This document shows positions 44,028 to 53,790 of a stretch of DNA of 64,000 nt, piece by piece. The stretch is from a virus. The notes beneath the pieces were generated by a model. It saw only the letters and a list, made by a program, of their open reading frames with translations. It searched no databases and was not told the DNA's origin. The position numbers and the translations under genes are program-made. Numbering within the stretch: position 1 is the stretch's first letter; each line of letters opens with the position of its first letter. Location: positions 1-64,000 of IMG/VR virus record IMGVR_UViG_3300034101_001153. One strand, given 5' to 3'.

Positions 44028-47000
44028 TCAATACTATTAATTGCCATAGTCCCGTCATCTAATTCTTTCATGACTACTTTGGCTGACCGCCCAGGTTTCA
44101 TAGACATACGGGCTTGTGTATATATTTTAGGGAATGCAACAGCAGAAATCAAGGTTTTATCCTCTTCAGATAAAACAACATTAGCCATATTATCTCCCTT
44201 TTTAGTTTTCCTGCTGGAAAAAGAAACTACAAAGTATTCTCCATCTACAAGAGGTAGATTTGTAGCAGTAATGTATCTAGAAAATCCAGTATCTGACTTC
44301 TTTAATTCTTCTGGCAATACATATTCTGCAATTCTATTATTACTTACTAAGAATAGATACATTTTGCCAGATTCTATTTGAGTATCCTCATCATGGAATA
44401 TTCCTGCTGTTCCTGTTTTATCAACTACCTCTACTCTTGACCAGCCCTGACCACGCTTAATTGACTTAACCATTGCAAGAATAATAAATGAGCCGCGCTC
44501 AGAGTAGTCGTCTAGACTTTTAATGTACGCATCCAAATACCTTGGAATATCTGCGTTAAACTCTGGAACATTGAGGTACTCATAAAGATATTCCTTCTCT
44601 TGACCAGTCCTTGGGTTGTCATCAAAAGCGAGGGCCCCAATACGATTAAGAACTGCTACCGCCCTACTATTAATTCCTGATCCCTTAGCAGATGCAATTT
44701 CTACAAATTCATCATACGATGAATACGGTCTATTGTCGATAATCTTATTGGCAATATTTTCTGATACATATTTAATATTTCCTAGACCGAATCTAATTGA
44801 GTTTCCAGTTATAGCAAAGTCAATTTCTGACTCATTAACATGTGGTAGCAATATCCTAATTCCAATTCTCTTTGCTTCAATTAGATACTCCGTTCGTGTA
44901 TCCTTGTCTGATTCATTCTTAAGCAAAGAGTACATAAACTCTAGTGGATAGTAATGCTTTAACCACGCCGTCCAATAACTAAGCATCGAATAGGCAACAG
45001 CATGACTCTTATTAAACGAGTATCCAGCGTGGGCCTCAAAGTCGTGCCATAGTTTCTCAGCGGCTTCCCTGCTGATATGCTGTGAAGCACCATCAATAAA
45101 CTTATCCTTGAACTGGTCGAATTCTTTTGCATCCTTTTTCTTTCCAATAATTTTTCTAACCTTGTCTGCTTCTGCCATGGTCATTCCACCCAGATGCACA
45201 CAGGCTTGCATAACTTGCTCTTGGTAAAGAATACACCCATATGTATCCTTAGTAAATTCTTCCATGATTGGGTGTATATACTTAATTACCTGACGGCCCT
45301 TTTTACGTTTAATGTAGGCTGCGCCAATTGTATTCATAGCACCAGGACGAACAAGAGCATTAGAGGCAGCAAGTTCATCAAAATTACTAATACCCATCTT
45401 AAGAATTAGATTCGTATACGGAGCGGCTTCTGCTTGGAATATTCCCTTGGTATGCCCAGCAGAGATATCTGCAAATACTTCTGGATCATTCAAGGCAATA
45501 GAGTTTAGGTCTATATCCTTATCGGACCTTGACTTAATAATATCTAAGGCGTCCTTGATTACTGTTAGAGTCTTAAGTCCAAGGGCATCAATTTTAATAA
45601 GACCAATCTCCGCTGCCTGATCCATGTCAACTGCTACGACAGGAATTCTTCCATCGCTCTGAGTATCTTTCCTAGTTTCGATTGGTGCTATCTGACTCAA
45701 TGGAATTTTTGATGTAACAATGCCTGCTGCATGTACCCCTGTCCCACGAATCCTTCCACGCAACTTATCTGCATACTCTGCAACATCTGGATACTTATTT
45801 CTAAAAGACCTAGTTGTCTCAGAACTAATAAATTCTTCCCAGGTCTCAATATTTTTAAGAGCAGCATTAACATCAGTTAGTGGAACATTGAATGCGCGAG
45901 CAACATCTCTGACGACACCCTTATCCTTAAAGGTCAAGAAGGTGGCGATAGATGCCACATTTTTATATTCATCAATAAGGTACTGCTTGACTTCTGAGCG
46001 ACGACGATCTTCATAGTCTACGTCAATATCTGGGAAGTCATTTCTTTCTGGATTAATGAATCGAAAGAACAACAAGCCATGCTCAATTGGATCTACCTCT
46101 GTAATACCCAATACATAACATACTAAACTACCAGCGGCAGAACCTCTTCCTGGGCCAACCAATATTCCATTTTCTTTAGCCCACCTAATCATATTTCCTA
46201 CAATAATAAAGTATGAAGAAAAGTTCTTTGACTTAATAATAGAAAGTTCTTCGTTTAGTCTCTCTCTGTACTCCAGATTATTAAATAATCCACGGCTCTT
46301 AAGTCCAGCAATAGCCATATTTTCAAGTTGCTCGTCGGGGCTTGAATGGTTTATGGGAAGTAGGTCTAAGTTTTCCTTACGCTTATAGTCTGACACCTTA
46401 TCAGAAATCTCAACGCTGTTCTCGTACAAGTCGTCACGATAAATTCCCTGCGCTTCCATTCTTGTCTTAACGTCAGCAAAGTCCATGAGCCAGATATCTA
46501 AATCTTTAAATGACATTTGACGATCCCCATACAGATAGTTTAGTCTTTCAATAACATCACTAATCTTCTTGCTGCCGTCAAACGTGGAGTCTTTTTGAAT
46601 CTTTGGGTGAGTCCCAAGGATAAGCATGATTTCCTCTGCTATACGATCCTTTGGTGATGCGTAATGACAATCTAAGGTAACAGTTGATTTAATACTTAAA
46701 GAGTCTGCTAGTTCTAGCAATGCCTTGTTTAATTCTGCTGGATTGTGTGGCTGCAATTCCATATAAAAGTCATCACCGAATGTATCCTTGAACCATAGGG
46801 CATGTTGCTTTGCAATACCAAGATTTCCATTCTCAATGGCCTTAGCAATAATTCCATTCATGCAACCAGACAGCACAACAAGATCATTGTTATATTTTTC
46901 TAGAAGTTCAAAGTCCATTCGTGGCTTCAAGAAGAAGCCTTCTTCCCAGGCTAGTTCAGACAGCCTTCCAAGATTAGAAAGACCATTATCATTCTTTGCA

Positions 47001-47281
47001 AGAATAATTAGGTGATTGTAAATTTGATCGTCAGGAGTCCTGTCCTTCTTGGATCTCTTATCCAATCTATCTGGAGTAAAGTATGCCTCAAGTCCAAGTA
47101 TAGGCTTGATCCCCGTTTCTTCTCCAGCCTTTAAAAGTTCCATGTGTGCGCTCAGAGAGCCGTGATCTGTAATAGAAAGAGCGCTCATGCCAATTTCTTG
47201 GGCTCTTTTCATAAGTTCTAATGGAGAAGAAAATCCATCTAGAAGTGAATAGTAAGAATGTGAATGATGATTATGAAACAT
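44012..47281 (-). CDS. dnaE: DNA polymerase III alpha subunit
   Basis: PHP HSHSYYSLLDG, GPGRGSAAGS, PDIDVD, HAAG, KIDALGL, YSFNKSH. Confidence 0.96.
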   Translation of the reverse strand: MFHNHHSHSYYSLLDGFSSPLELMKRAQEIGMSALSITDHGSLSAHMELLKAGEETGIKPILGLEAYFTPDRLDKRSKKDRTPDDQIYNHLIILAKNDNGLSNLGRLSELAWEEGFFLKPRMDFELLEKYNNDLVVLSGCMNGIIAKAIENGNLGIAKQHALWFKDTFGDDFYMELQPHNPAELNKALLELADSLSIKSTVTLDCHYASPKDRIAEEIMLILGTHPKIQKDSTFDGSKKISDVIERLNYLYGDRQMSFKDLDIWLMDFADVKTRMEAQGIYRDDLYENSVEISDKVSDYKRKENLDLLPINHSSPDEQLENMAIAGLKSRGLFNNLEYRERLNEELSIIKSKNFSSYFIIVGNMIRWAKENGILVGPGRGSAAGSLVCYVLGITEVDPIEHGLLFFRFINPERNDFPDIDVDYEDRRRSEVKQYLIDEYKNVASIATFLTFKDKGVVRDVARAFNVPLTDVNAALKNIETWEEFISSETTRSFRNKYPDVAEYADKLRGRIRGTGVHAAGIVTSKIPLSQIAPIETRKDTQSDGRIPVVAVDMDQAAEIGLIKIDALGLKTLTVIKDALDIIKSRSDKDIDLNSIALNDPEVFADISAGHTKGIFQAEAAPYTNLILKMGISNFDELAASNALVRPGAMNTIGAAYIKRKKGRQVIKYIHPIMEEFTKDTYGCILYQEQVMQACVHLGGMTMAEADKVRKIIGKKKDAKEFDQFKDKFIDGASQHISREAAEKLWHDFEAHAGYSFNKSHAVAYSMLSYWTAWLKHYYPLEFMYSLLKNESDKDTRTEYLIEAKRIGIRILLPHVNESEIDFAITGNSIRFGLGNIKYVSENIANKIIDNRPYSSYDEFVEIASAKGSGINSRAVAVLNRIGALAFDDNPRTGQEKEYLYEYLNVPEFNADIPRYLDAYIKSLDDYSERGSFIILAMVKSIKRGQGWSRVEVVDKTGTAGIFHDEDTQIESGKMYLFLVSNNRIAEYVLPEELKKSDTGFSRYITATNLPLVDGEYFVVSFSSRKTKKGDNMANVVLSEEDKTLISAVAFPKIYTQARMSMKPGRSAKVVMKELDDGTMAINSIEWRNS

Positions 47282-47297
47282 ACCTCTCCAAATAGTA

Positions 47298-47339
47298 GTG
47301 GGCGGTAAGAGTATATCCTACCGCCCACCCCCCAGTCAA
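47298..47339 (-). promoter_or_regulatory. dnaE promoter with -10 inside a hairpin loop
   Basis: TTGACT-N18-TATACT; GTGGGCGGTA/TACCGCCCAC stem. Confidence 0.6.
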
Positions 47340-47343
47340 TGAA

Positions 47344-48000
47344 TTACCACTCAACTGCTGCTGATGTAGACGTATCAACATCTACACCCATGTAGAACGC
47401 TTCTTGATCTGGATATGAGATATTACGAATTGCAACCTTGTCAAGTTCGTACACCTCAATGCCTGACCAATCAAACTTCTCAGAGTCGGTGGCGAGAGGA
47501 ATAAGAGCGTACATTGTCTGAGTTCCTGTTCCCGTCCTCTTAAGTCTCCAAGTAAGGTTGGAGATTGAGTTTGTATCTGCTGCATACTCTACGAGCATAT
47601 TGGTCGTAGGAGACTTGGAACTAACTCCTTGTGACCATACTGATGTGTAATGGTCGCCAGTTCCATCATCTACTAGAACATTGCAGTAAAATCGTAGGCG
47701 AGACTTCCATCCAGCCTTTGGATCTTTACGATGCATTTCGCACCCAAAACAACGACCCTCATCGTCTAGTGTACAAACCGCTTTACGTCGATAATCCTTT
47801 GGATTAGTATGCTCTGCAACAACAATTGCTAGACCACGCTTTTCATCATAGTTTGGTGAGTCTGGATCGATTTCATTAATAAATCTAATCTTAACGCTCT
47901 GACCGTCTTCTACCTTAAGCCAGCGAGCGCGTGGTGCGTCATCCATAATTGGGCGCTCCATCTTCTTTTTAATTCCTGCCAGTCCTGTAATAACACCCAT
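47344..48000 (-). CDS. single-stranded DNA-binding protein (gp32-like)
   Basis: WLK..DGQS.KIRF, H...C...C..C Zn site, LKRTG.G..T.Y, acidic tail. Confidence 0.75.
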   Translation of the reverse strand: MGVITGLAGIKKKMERPIMDDAPRARWLKVEDGQSVKIRFINEIDPDSPNYDEKRGLAIVVAEHTNPKDYRRKAVCTLDDEGRCFGCEMHRKDPKAGWKSRLRFYCNVLVDDGTGDHYTSVWSQGVSSKSPTTNMLVEYAADTNSISNLTWRLKRTGTGTQTMYALIPLATDSEKFDWSGIEVYELDKVAIRNISYPDQEAFYMGVDVDTSTSAAVEW

Positions 48001-48047
48001 AATATTTCCTCCTAATATTTGACCCTATACATGAGCCGATATAGTTA

Positions 48048-49001
48048 TTATACCTCAATAGTTTTACTGCCGCAAGCCTTTTCCCACATTTGCATAATTT
48101 CATTGTCTTCCAGATCACCTATATCCTTTACGCTTCCTACGTCCATAATAACTATATCTTTAGATGATAAAGAAGAGTTAGCCTTCTCCACCATTCTTTT
48201 CCCAGCGTCATCTTTATCTGGACAAAGGATAATTCTATTTGCATATTTATTCAATAGTGCCAGTTGATTTTTTGTAATTCCAGCACCAAGAGTAGCAACA
48301 GATGGTATGCCCAACTGCCACATTCTTATACTATCAAAACTTGATTCCAGCACTACTATGTTTTTTAGTTTTGATCTATTAAGATTAAATAGCACATGTT
48401 TTTTTGGAAGACTTGTTGAGTTTTTGAAAACCTTACCTTCTACTGATCTACCAACGAATCCAACGTACATTCCATATTGATCTTGTACAGGAACAGTAAC
48501 CATATCCTGTTTAATAGAATACCCAAGTTTCATCTCAATAACGGCATCCATATATATGCTTCTAGATTTAAAATAGTCCAGGGCACGTTGATCCTTTAAA
48601 AGAGATTTGTGCAGTCTATTGATTACTTCTACATCAAACTCTTTAAGTTCATCGTCTGGAGGAGAATTTAATTTGTTCTCAACTATATCTAATATATTAA
48701 CTGTAGCAGATGCCGACTGAATTACTCTTGATGCCTCAAAGAAGTTTCTATTGGTTGTTTTCATTACTAGGTCGGTGATGTTTCCATTCTCACCGCATGA
48801 GAAGCAAATATAAAGACCACTAGATTTATCAATTTCACAGGCTGGTGTATTTACATTATAGTGAAATGGACAGAACAATAGATAATGAGTGTCAATCTCT
48901 CCACCGACCCTAATATTACAGGTGGATAGAATGCTTCTTATTTGTTCTTCTGAGTAGAATTCTTTGGTATTAGTTTGTTTAGCGAAACCCCGTGATAGCA
49001 T
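48048..49001 (-). CDS. DNA primase (CHC2 Zn finger + Toprim)
   Basis: CPFH...CFSC, VLESSFD, ATLG, DKDDAG. Confidence 0.88.
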   Translation of the reverse strand: MLSRGFAKQTNTKEFYSEEQIRSILSTCNIRVGGEIDTHYLLFCPFHYNVNTPACEIDKSSGLYICFSCGENGNITDLVMKTTNRNFFEASRVIQSASATVNILDIVENKLNSPPDDELKEFDVEVINRLHKSLLKDQRALDYFKSRSIYMDAVIEMKLGYSIKQDMVTVPVQDQYGMYVGFVGRSVEGKVFKNSTSLPKKHVLFNLNRSKLKNIVVLESSFDSIRMWQLGIPSVATLGAGITKNQLALLNKYANRIILCPDKDDAGKRMVEKANSSLSSKDIVIMDVGSVKDIGDLEDNEIMQMWEKACGSKTIEV

Positions 49002-49249
49002 TTTGCCTTAGCCCTTCCTACAAATACTCCGTGCATTGATAGCAGAAATTGATATCCACCATCATCATCATATTCTAGACTAAAAGCAGGCTCTATGTCA
49101 AAGTGTGGAACATATCCTTTTGAGTTCATTATGCTAACTAAGCCATGTTCAAATCGGGAACGAATCGACGGGATGTTAGCATCACTATCTATCTTTCCAT
49201 CTATTTGGAACATTACTATTTTTTTATGACCTACAAAGTTGTTATCCAC
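48938..49249 (-). CDS. hypothetical protein
   Basis: ORF track. Confidence 0.7.
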   Translation of the reverse strand: MDNNFVGHKKIVMFQIDGKIDSDANIPSIRSRFEHGLVSIMNSKGYVPHFDIEPAFSLEYDDDGGYQFLLSMHGVFVGRAKAKCYHGVSLNKLIPKNSTQKNK

Positions 49250-49266
49250 AAAACAATTATATCAAG

Positions 49267-50487
49267 TTAAGACAAATCGTTATACTCTTTAAACCTGCCA
49301 GAGTCAAAGTCTGCTACTAGAATAAAGTCTCCTAGATAGCCATTTCTATTCTTTCTAAATGCCGCCTCAATAGCGTCACTGTTTTGCTTTCTACCCAACG
49401 CTAAAACAAAGTCCGCATCGTATGCAATTTGTTTTGACCATGCAACCTGTCCCAACTGTGGTACTGATTCTAGGTCTGATGCATCATCTGGTGTAGCAGA
49501 TGCAATAGCAATTACTGGAAGTTCATGTTGAATCGCAAGCATTTTAAGTTCTCTTGAAAGATTCTTAATCTTTACAGTTTCATTGCTAGTGGTTCCAGAG
49601 TTATCACTCATCAACTGTAGATAGTCAATAAATACAATGTCTGGCTTGTACTGTTCTATCTTAGATGCAATAAGATTAGGTGTCGTTTCTGATCCAATCT
49701 CATTAGAAATGATTTTAAATGGCGGCTTATTCTTTAGTTCGCTATCGGCCCACTGCCTAAAATCATCTTCATTAAGTCTTCCTGCGCTCATAGCGCGGTG
49801 AGAAAATTTACCATTGCCAAGGATTGTAAAAATTCTATTGCGTACTTCATGCTCAGTCATTTCTAGGCTAATGACCATTGGAGTTCTTCCAACTTTCCAC
49901 GCCTGTACTGCAAAGTACAAAGATAGCCAAGACTTACCAATTGCTGGGTATGCCAGAAGCACACCTAGTTGACCCTTTGATATCCCCATTGGAAGACATG
50001 CATCAAACGCCGCAATGTTGGTTTTAATACCTACACAACCAGTCTCAGCAGACTCTCGTAGTTTTTCAAAATAAGATATGGCATCATCTACATCTGTAAC
50101 ATCGATATCTCTTGATCTTGCCGTAACTCTAGAAATTGTGGAAATGTCTGATGTTAATTCTTTTAGCGCCTTAGCGGTTTCATTATTCTGTACAAGATTA
50201 GCCGCCTTACGCACAGTATTTCTCATTGTTTCATCTAGATATGCTGACCTTAACTTGTCAATATGATAAATTGTTGGTCCAGCATCTACTGGGTCAAAGT
50301 CTCTAAACCTAGTAGCAACTAGTTCTGAATCTGGAATCTGCTTTGTTTGTGAATAGTAATCCTTAATGAATCCCCATATATCTTCACAGTACTGAATAAG
50401 TTGGTCGGCACCACTATCATACATTGTATGAATATCTTTATTCTTACACAAGGCAGAGATTACCTCTACCTCATCACTGTATGCCAT
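49267..50487 (-). CDS. dnaB: DnaB-like replicative helicase
   Basis: AYPAIGKS, SLEM, IDYLQLM, SRELK, DAD, KNRNG. Confidence 0.92.
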   Translation of the reverse strand: MAYSDEVEVISALCKNKDIHTMYDSGADQLIQYCEDIWGFIKDYYSQTKQIPDSELVATRFRDFDPVDAGPTIYHIDKLRSAYLDETMRNTVRKAANLVQNNETAKALKELTSDISTISRVTARSRDIDVTDVDDAISYFEKLRESAETGCVGIKTNIAAFDACLPMGISKGQLGVLLAYPAIGKSWLSLYFAVQAWKVGRTPMVISLEMTEHEVRNRIFTILGNGKFSHRAMSAGRLNEDDFRQWADSELKNKPPFKIISNEIGSETTPNLIASKIEQYKPDIVFIDYLQLMSDNSGTTSNETVKIKNLSRELKMLAIQHELPVIAIASATPDDASDLESVPQLGQVAWSKQIAYDADFVLALGRKQNSDAIEAAFRKNRNGYLGDFILVADFDSGRFKEYNDLS

Positions 50488-50806
50488 TCAAATACTCCCT
50501 AACTAGTTCCTGTGTCTTGATTCTTCTAGACATACGATTCTCTTCATCACGCTTCTTGTCGTCCATCATAGCCTTAATATGGTCGAAATTGAAGAAAAAA
50601 TATGATAATGGATGCCCGTCTTTACTAGACCTAAAGTAATAATTTAGGCATTCACAAACACAGTCATATCCATAGTCTTCAATGAGTGAGGAGAAAGCCC
50701 ATTTTTCCTTATACTTATTAATGTCTATCTTGTTGCCATACTTATCGGCATAGAGTTTTTGATAAAGATCGATTATAGAGTACTCAAGTTTAAATGATTT
50801 AGCCAT
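50474..50806 (-). CDS. hypothetical protein (replication operon)
   Basis: ORF track. Confidence 0.7.
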   Translation of the reverse strand: MAKSFKLEYSIIDLYQKLYADKYGNKIDINKYKEKWAFSSLIEDYGYDCVCECLNYYFRSSKDGHPLSYFFFNFDHIKAMMDDKKRDEENRMSRRIKTQELVREYLNGIQ

Positions 50807-51014
50807 TTAACTCTTCCTCCACCGCCCTTACTTTTTCTACCAGTTTCTTCTCAACATACGCATACACTCTTTCAAATGCATCGTCTACAGTTTCTTTGTC
50901 ACGAACGTAGTCTTCTATACCAACATCAATGTGTATACTCTCGTAATTACCAAGGTTCTTTACGAATTTTAATCCCGTCCGTACTCTCGTATAATTCTGT
51001 TCCATTTTCTTCAT
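50799..51014 (-). CDS. hypothetical protein
   Basis: NLGNYESI.IDVG motif. Confidence 0.75.
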   Translation of the reverse strand: MKKMEQNYTRVRTGLKFVKNLGNYESIHIDVGIEDYVRDKETVDDAFERVYAYVEKKLVEKVRAVEEELNG

Positions 51015-51303
51015 CTTCTCCCAACTCTACTAGGTCTGCAACGCCAAAACCAAATGGTCTTTTCTCTTCCTCAGTCTCTGAGATACCAAGAAGTGTTTTG
51101 GCTATATCGTACCATGCGTTTGCAGTCCGAATCAAGCCATCTATATCTTTCATGTCTTTTGCAATCTCTGCACTATCCATAAGACATATGGCTGCTGCTA
51201 ATAATGCTGAGTCTCCACTTAGACTATCATCATTAATGAATTCAATTAGTTTCTCATGCGGTGTTTTTGGTCTCTTAGCCATTAGAACTCTATTGTCCTC
51301 CAA
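50947..51303 (-). CDS. hypothetical protein
   Basis: ORF track. Confidence 0.65.
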   Translation of the reverse strand: MEDNRVLMAKRPKTPHEKLIEFINDDSLSGDSALLAAAICLMDSAEIAKDMKDIDGLIRTANAWYDIAKTLLGISETEEEKRPFGFGVADLVELGEDEENGTELYESTDGIKIRKEPW

Positions 51304-51815
51304 ACTGGTATAAATTCTCCATCGTCATTCTGAACATAAAGAACTTCTCTCCTGCCTAGCCTAGCATCTACTTCTTCTTTTGTCACGCTATTTCTTTTAG
51401 GAGTTATTGCTCCGTCATTTCTAGGTCTACCAAAATGAACATTGGCAAAAAATTCTTGCAAGTTCAGAATGTCCTCATCCATGAAATACCAATTGCCAAG
51501 TTCTCCAGCCTGCTGAGGTCTTGGTAATTCTCCAGAATTAACATATGCCCTAATTCTATCTGGATGCCTATTAATAATTTTGGCGGCTTCTCCGATTGAG
51601 TATGCTCTTTTTATATATTGTTTTATTGCTTTATATGGATATCTAACTATTTTGTCTTGCTTATAGTTAAAAGTAGTTATTACATCACCTGGGACGTTAA
51701 TATGTATTTTGTGATGGAGTTCCCCATTAATAAATACTTTTCTACTATGCTTTTTATTTTTTAAAACCCCATACTGCTTTGATGAAGAAATATTTGTTCC
51801 TTTTTGTGAATCCAT
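51282..51815 (-). CDS. HTH DNA-binding protein (MerR/excisionase-like)
   Basis: YSIGEAAKIINRHPDRIRAYVNSG.LP.P. Confidence 0.7.
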   Translation of the reverse strand: MDSQKGTNISSSKQYGVLKNKKHSRKVFINGELHHKIHINVPGDVITTFNYKQDKIVRYPYKAIKQYIKRAYSIGEAAKIINRHPDRIRAYVNSGELPRPQQAGELGNWYFMDEDILNLQEFFANVHFGRPRNDGAITPKRNSVTKEEVDARLGRREVLYVQNDDGEFIPVWRTIEF

Positions 51816-51997
51816 TTAGCAAACTCTCCACGATTATTTGGATGCCTTAGTGACCATCTATTCCCACAGCATAAACAATATAATTCAACATGGATGCTGC
51901 TACCGAAAGATCGATCAATCATCACTCTGCCCTGACACTTTTTACATATCATTTTAGTTAGTAAATGTCTTTCCATCCACAACACAGGTATAGTCAT
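51761..51997 (-). CDS. small Zn-ribbon protein
   Basis: CKKCQGRV.IDR...CLCCG.R; probable start MICKKC. Confidence 0.7.
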   Translation of the reverse strand: MTIPVLWMERHLLTKMICKKCQGRVMIDRSFGSSIHVELYCLCCGNRWSLRHPNNRGEFAKWIHKKEQIFLHQSSMGF

Positions 51998-52709
51998 GAA
52001 TTTGAATTAATTGAATATGTGGGTAGTCATTAACCACATGCGCGACAGCAAAACCCGCCTGCCAATTCTTTTGAATACTATAGTCCATAGAATCTTCATC
52101 ACAAAGATGACCGATCTCAAAACCTCTTAGTTCTTGTCCAGTAAGATTATATGTTTGGAAATATGCGCCCATACGATGAGAGTGACCGCGTACCAGAGAA
52201 ACGCCCCAATTATTAACATCATTACGAACCGATTCTCCTGCATGTTTCGAAATCGACTCTCCATGGTGTGCATACATATCTCCAAATCGTTTTACTGGGG
52301 GCTCATTCCAATTGTGCCACTCAAATCCAGCATTGGAGTATTCATACAAAGTATCTGCTGTAACTAATTCTAAGAATTGTGGTGCCTTCTTAGCAAGGTA
52401 TTCGCCGTGGCGAGTCCAGCCATGATTCCCATCATGAAAATGGCAATCAGCATTGGGTACGATCTTTCTGATATCTTTGAGAAATTGCCTTGTCTCACGA
52501 ACGCCTCCATCTTCTAGTGAAATTGACATTTCAAGTGGCTTGTCTGCTGCCCACCTACTTGTTGAATCGGCATCGTCAATATCGCCAAGTAGGTCTACTG
52601 CGTCTGGCTTGAACCATTTCATTACCTTAAGAAATAATTCTACTTTTCTTGGATCATGCCTAGGAAAGTGAACATCACTTACCATCAGCCATTTTAGATC
52701 ATTTGTCAT
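51954..52709 (-). CDS. calcineurin-like metallophosphoesterase
   Basis: SDVH, LGDIDD, GNH, HHG, GHSHR. Confidence 0.88.
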   Translation of the reverse strand: MTNDLKWLMVSDVHFPRHDPRKVELFLKVMKWFKPDAVDLLGDIDDADSTSRWAADKPLEMSISLEDGGVRETRQFLKDIRKIVPNADCHFHDGNHGWTRHGEYLAKKAPQFLELVTADTLYEYSNAGFEWHNWNEPPVKRFGDMYAHHGESISKHAGESVRNDVNNWGVSLVRGHSHRMGAYFQTYNLTGQELRGFEIGHLCDEDSMDYSIQKNWQAGFAVAHVVNDYPHIQLIQIHDYTCVVDGKTFTN

Positions 52710-52729
52710 TATTACTCCATTATGTCAAC

Positions 52730-53203
52730 TTACTTATTTTTTGATTTGCACTTTTTAGAACAAAACTCCCATGCCGACTGAATATACAGAGGCACAGTGA
52801 AGATGTTACCACATCCGTAACATTTTTTGTCAACCTTTATTGGCTGACAAGAAACACTACATCTTGATCTATTTTTTATTACAGTTGGCGATCCATAAAA
52901 AACTTTATGACATTTTTTACATTGCTTAGATATCCAATGTGGAAAAAGACGGTATTGTGATACCGTCTTCATCCCATGTGCTTTATCATGTTGCTGTCTG
53001 CTACAAACAAACAAATTTTTTATTCTGTTATCATTCTTTATTTCATTTATGTGATGAACAGTTTCCCAGTCATGAAGATTTCTATTTAGATTTTTTTCTA
53101 CTACTATAATATGCTCATAGTATTTGCCGTTGATAGATTTAGGATGGTTGCTGGCAACCATAACATATCTGGTTCTATCTTGTTGTTCCCTTTCCAATGG
53201 CAA
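52730..53203 (-). CDS. HNH homing-type endonuclease
   Basis: YEHIIV, VHHINEIKNDNRIKNL, C-terminal Cys repeats. Confidence 0.8.
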   Translation of the reverse strand: MPLEREQQDRTRYVMVASNHPKSINGKYYEHIIVVEKNLNRNLHDWETVHHINEIKNDNRIKNLFVCSRQQHDKAHGMKTVSQYRLFPHWISKQCKKCHKVFYGSPTVIKNRSRCSVSCQPIKVDKKCYGCGNIFTVPLYIQSAWEFCSKKCKSKNK

Positions 53204-53630
53204 TATAATTCACCTGTAATTGAGTATTTTTTGCATCAGTTTTAATAACATCAACTCTGCATTCAAAGTTACCCTTGGTCACTGAGCCTATTGATATTGT
53301 TGCATATGGAGTTCCAGAAAGATTATTTCTTCTCCCTCTAGTGTCTGCTACTGTTGCAACAATATGTGGAACGTCGCCAAAGTTGGCACCATCAAATTTC
53401 ACATTGAATTTATTTTCTTGTTTTTCACCAACATCAAAAATTTCTGTACCACACAGTATGATGACTTCACTAAGTTTTTGAAGACCTTTTCCAAATACTT
53501 GAATCTTTTGATTTTTTTTATTATCATTAACACTTATACGAGACTCTAAACTAGTTATTCTGTCATAGAGTGATTTTAAAAAATCATAGGTCAGCGGTTC
53601 GCCATCAGTTATGGTTACAATATTACTCAT
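53175..53630 (-). CDS. small tail protein (H-type-lectin-like C-terminus)
   Basis: F...F.D.P.IVATV...VNYIAIG. Confidence 0.6.
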   Translation of the reverse strand: MSNIVTITDGEPLTYDFLKSLYDRITSLESRISVNDNKKNQKIQVFGKGLQKLSEVIILCGTEIFDVGEKQENKFNVKFDGANFGDVPHIVATVADTRGRRNNLSGTPYATISIGSVTKGNFECRVDVIKTDAKNTQLQVNYIAIGKGTTR

Positions 53631-53790
53631 CTTCTTGGTTGGCCTCTAATTCAATGATTCTTTGATCTCTAGCCTGAATCTGCTCGGTGGCCTGTGCCTT
53701 TAGCACCGCCAACTTTGTCTCATAGTCGCTGGTCATTTGACCAATACGCTGCTGAAGTTCCTGTACGACTAGTTCTAGTGTGTTAGACAT
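53623..53790 (-). CDS. small coiled-coil protein (55 aa)
   Basis: MSNTLELVVQELQQRIGQ..YE..LA.LKA; AAGGA RBS. Confidence 0.7.
   Translation of the reverse strand: MSNTLELVVQELQQRIGQMTSDYETKLAVLKAQATEQIQARDQRIIELEANQEDE

Noticed and set aside
36796-50487. Inteins or introns in TerL, RecA, DnaE, DnaB
   Set aside because: Lengths are normal, the frames are uninterrupted and no C...HN/C splice motifs were seen.
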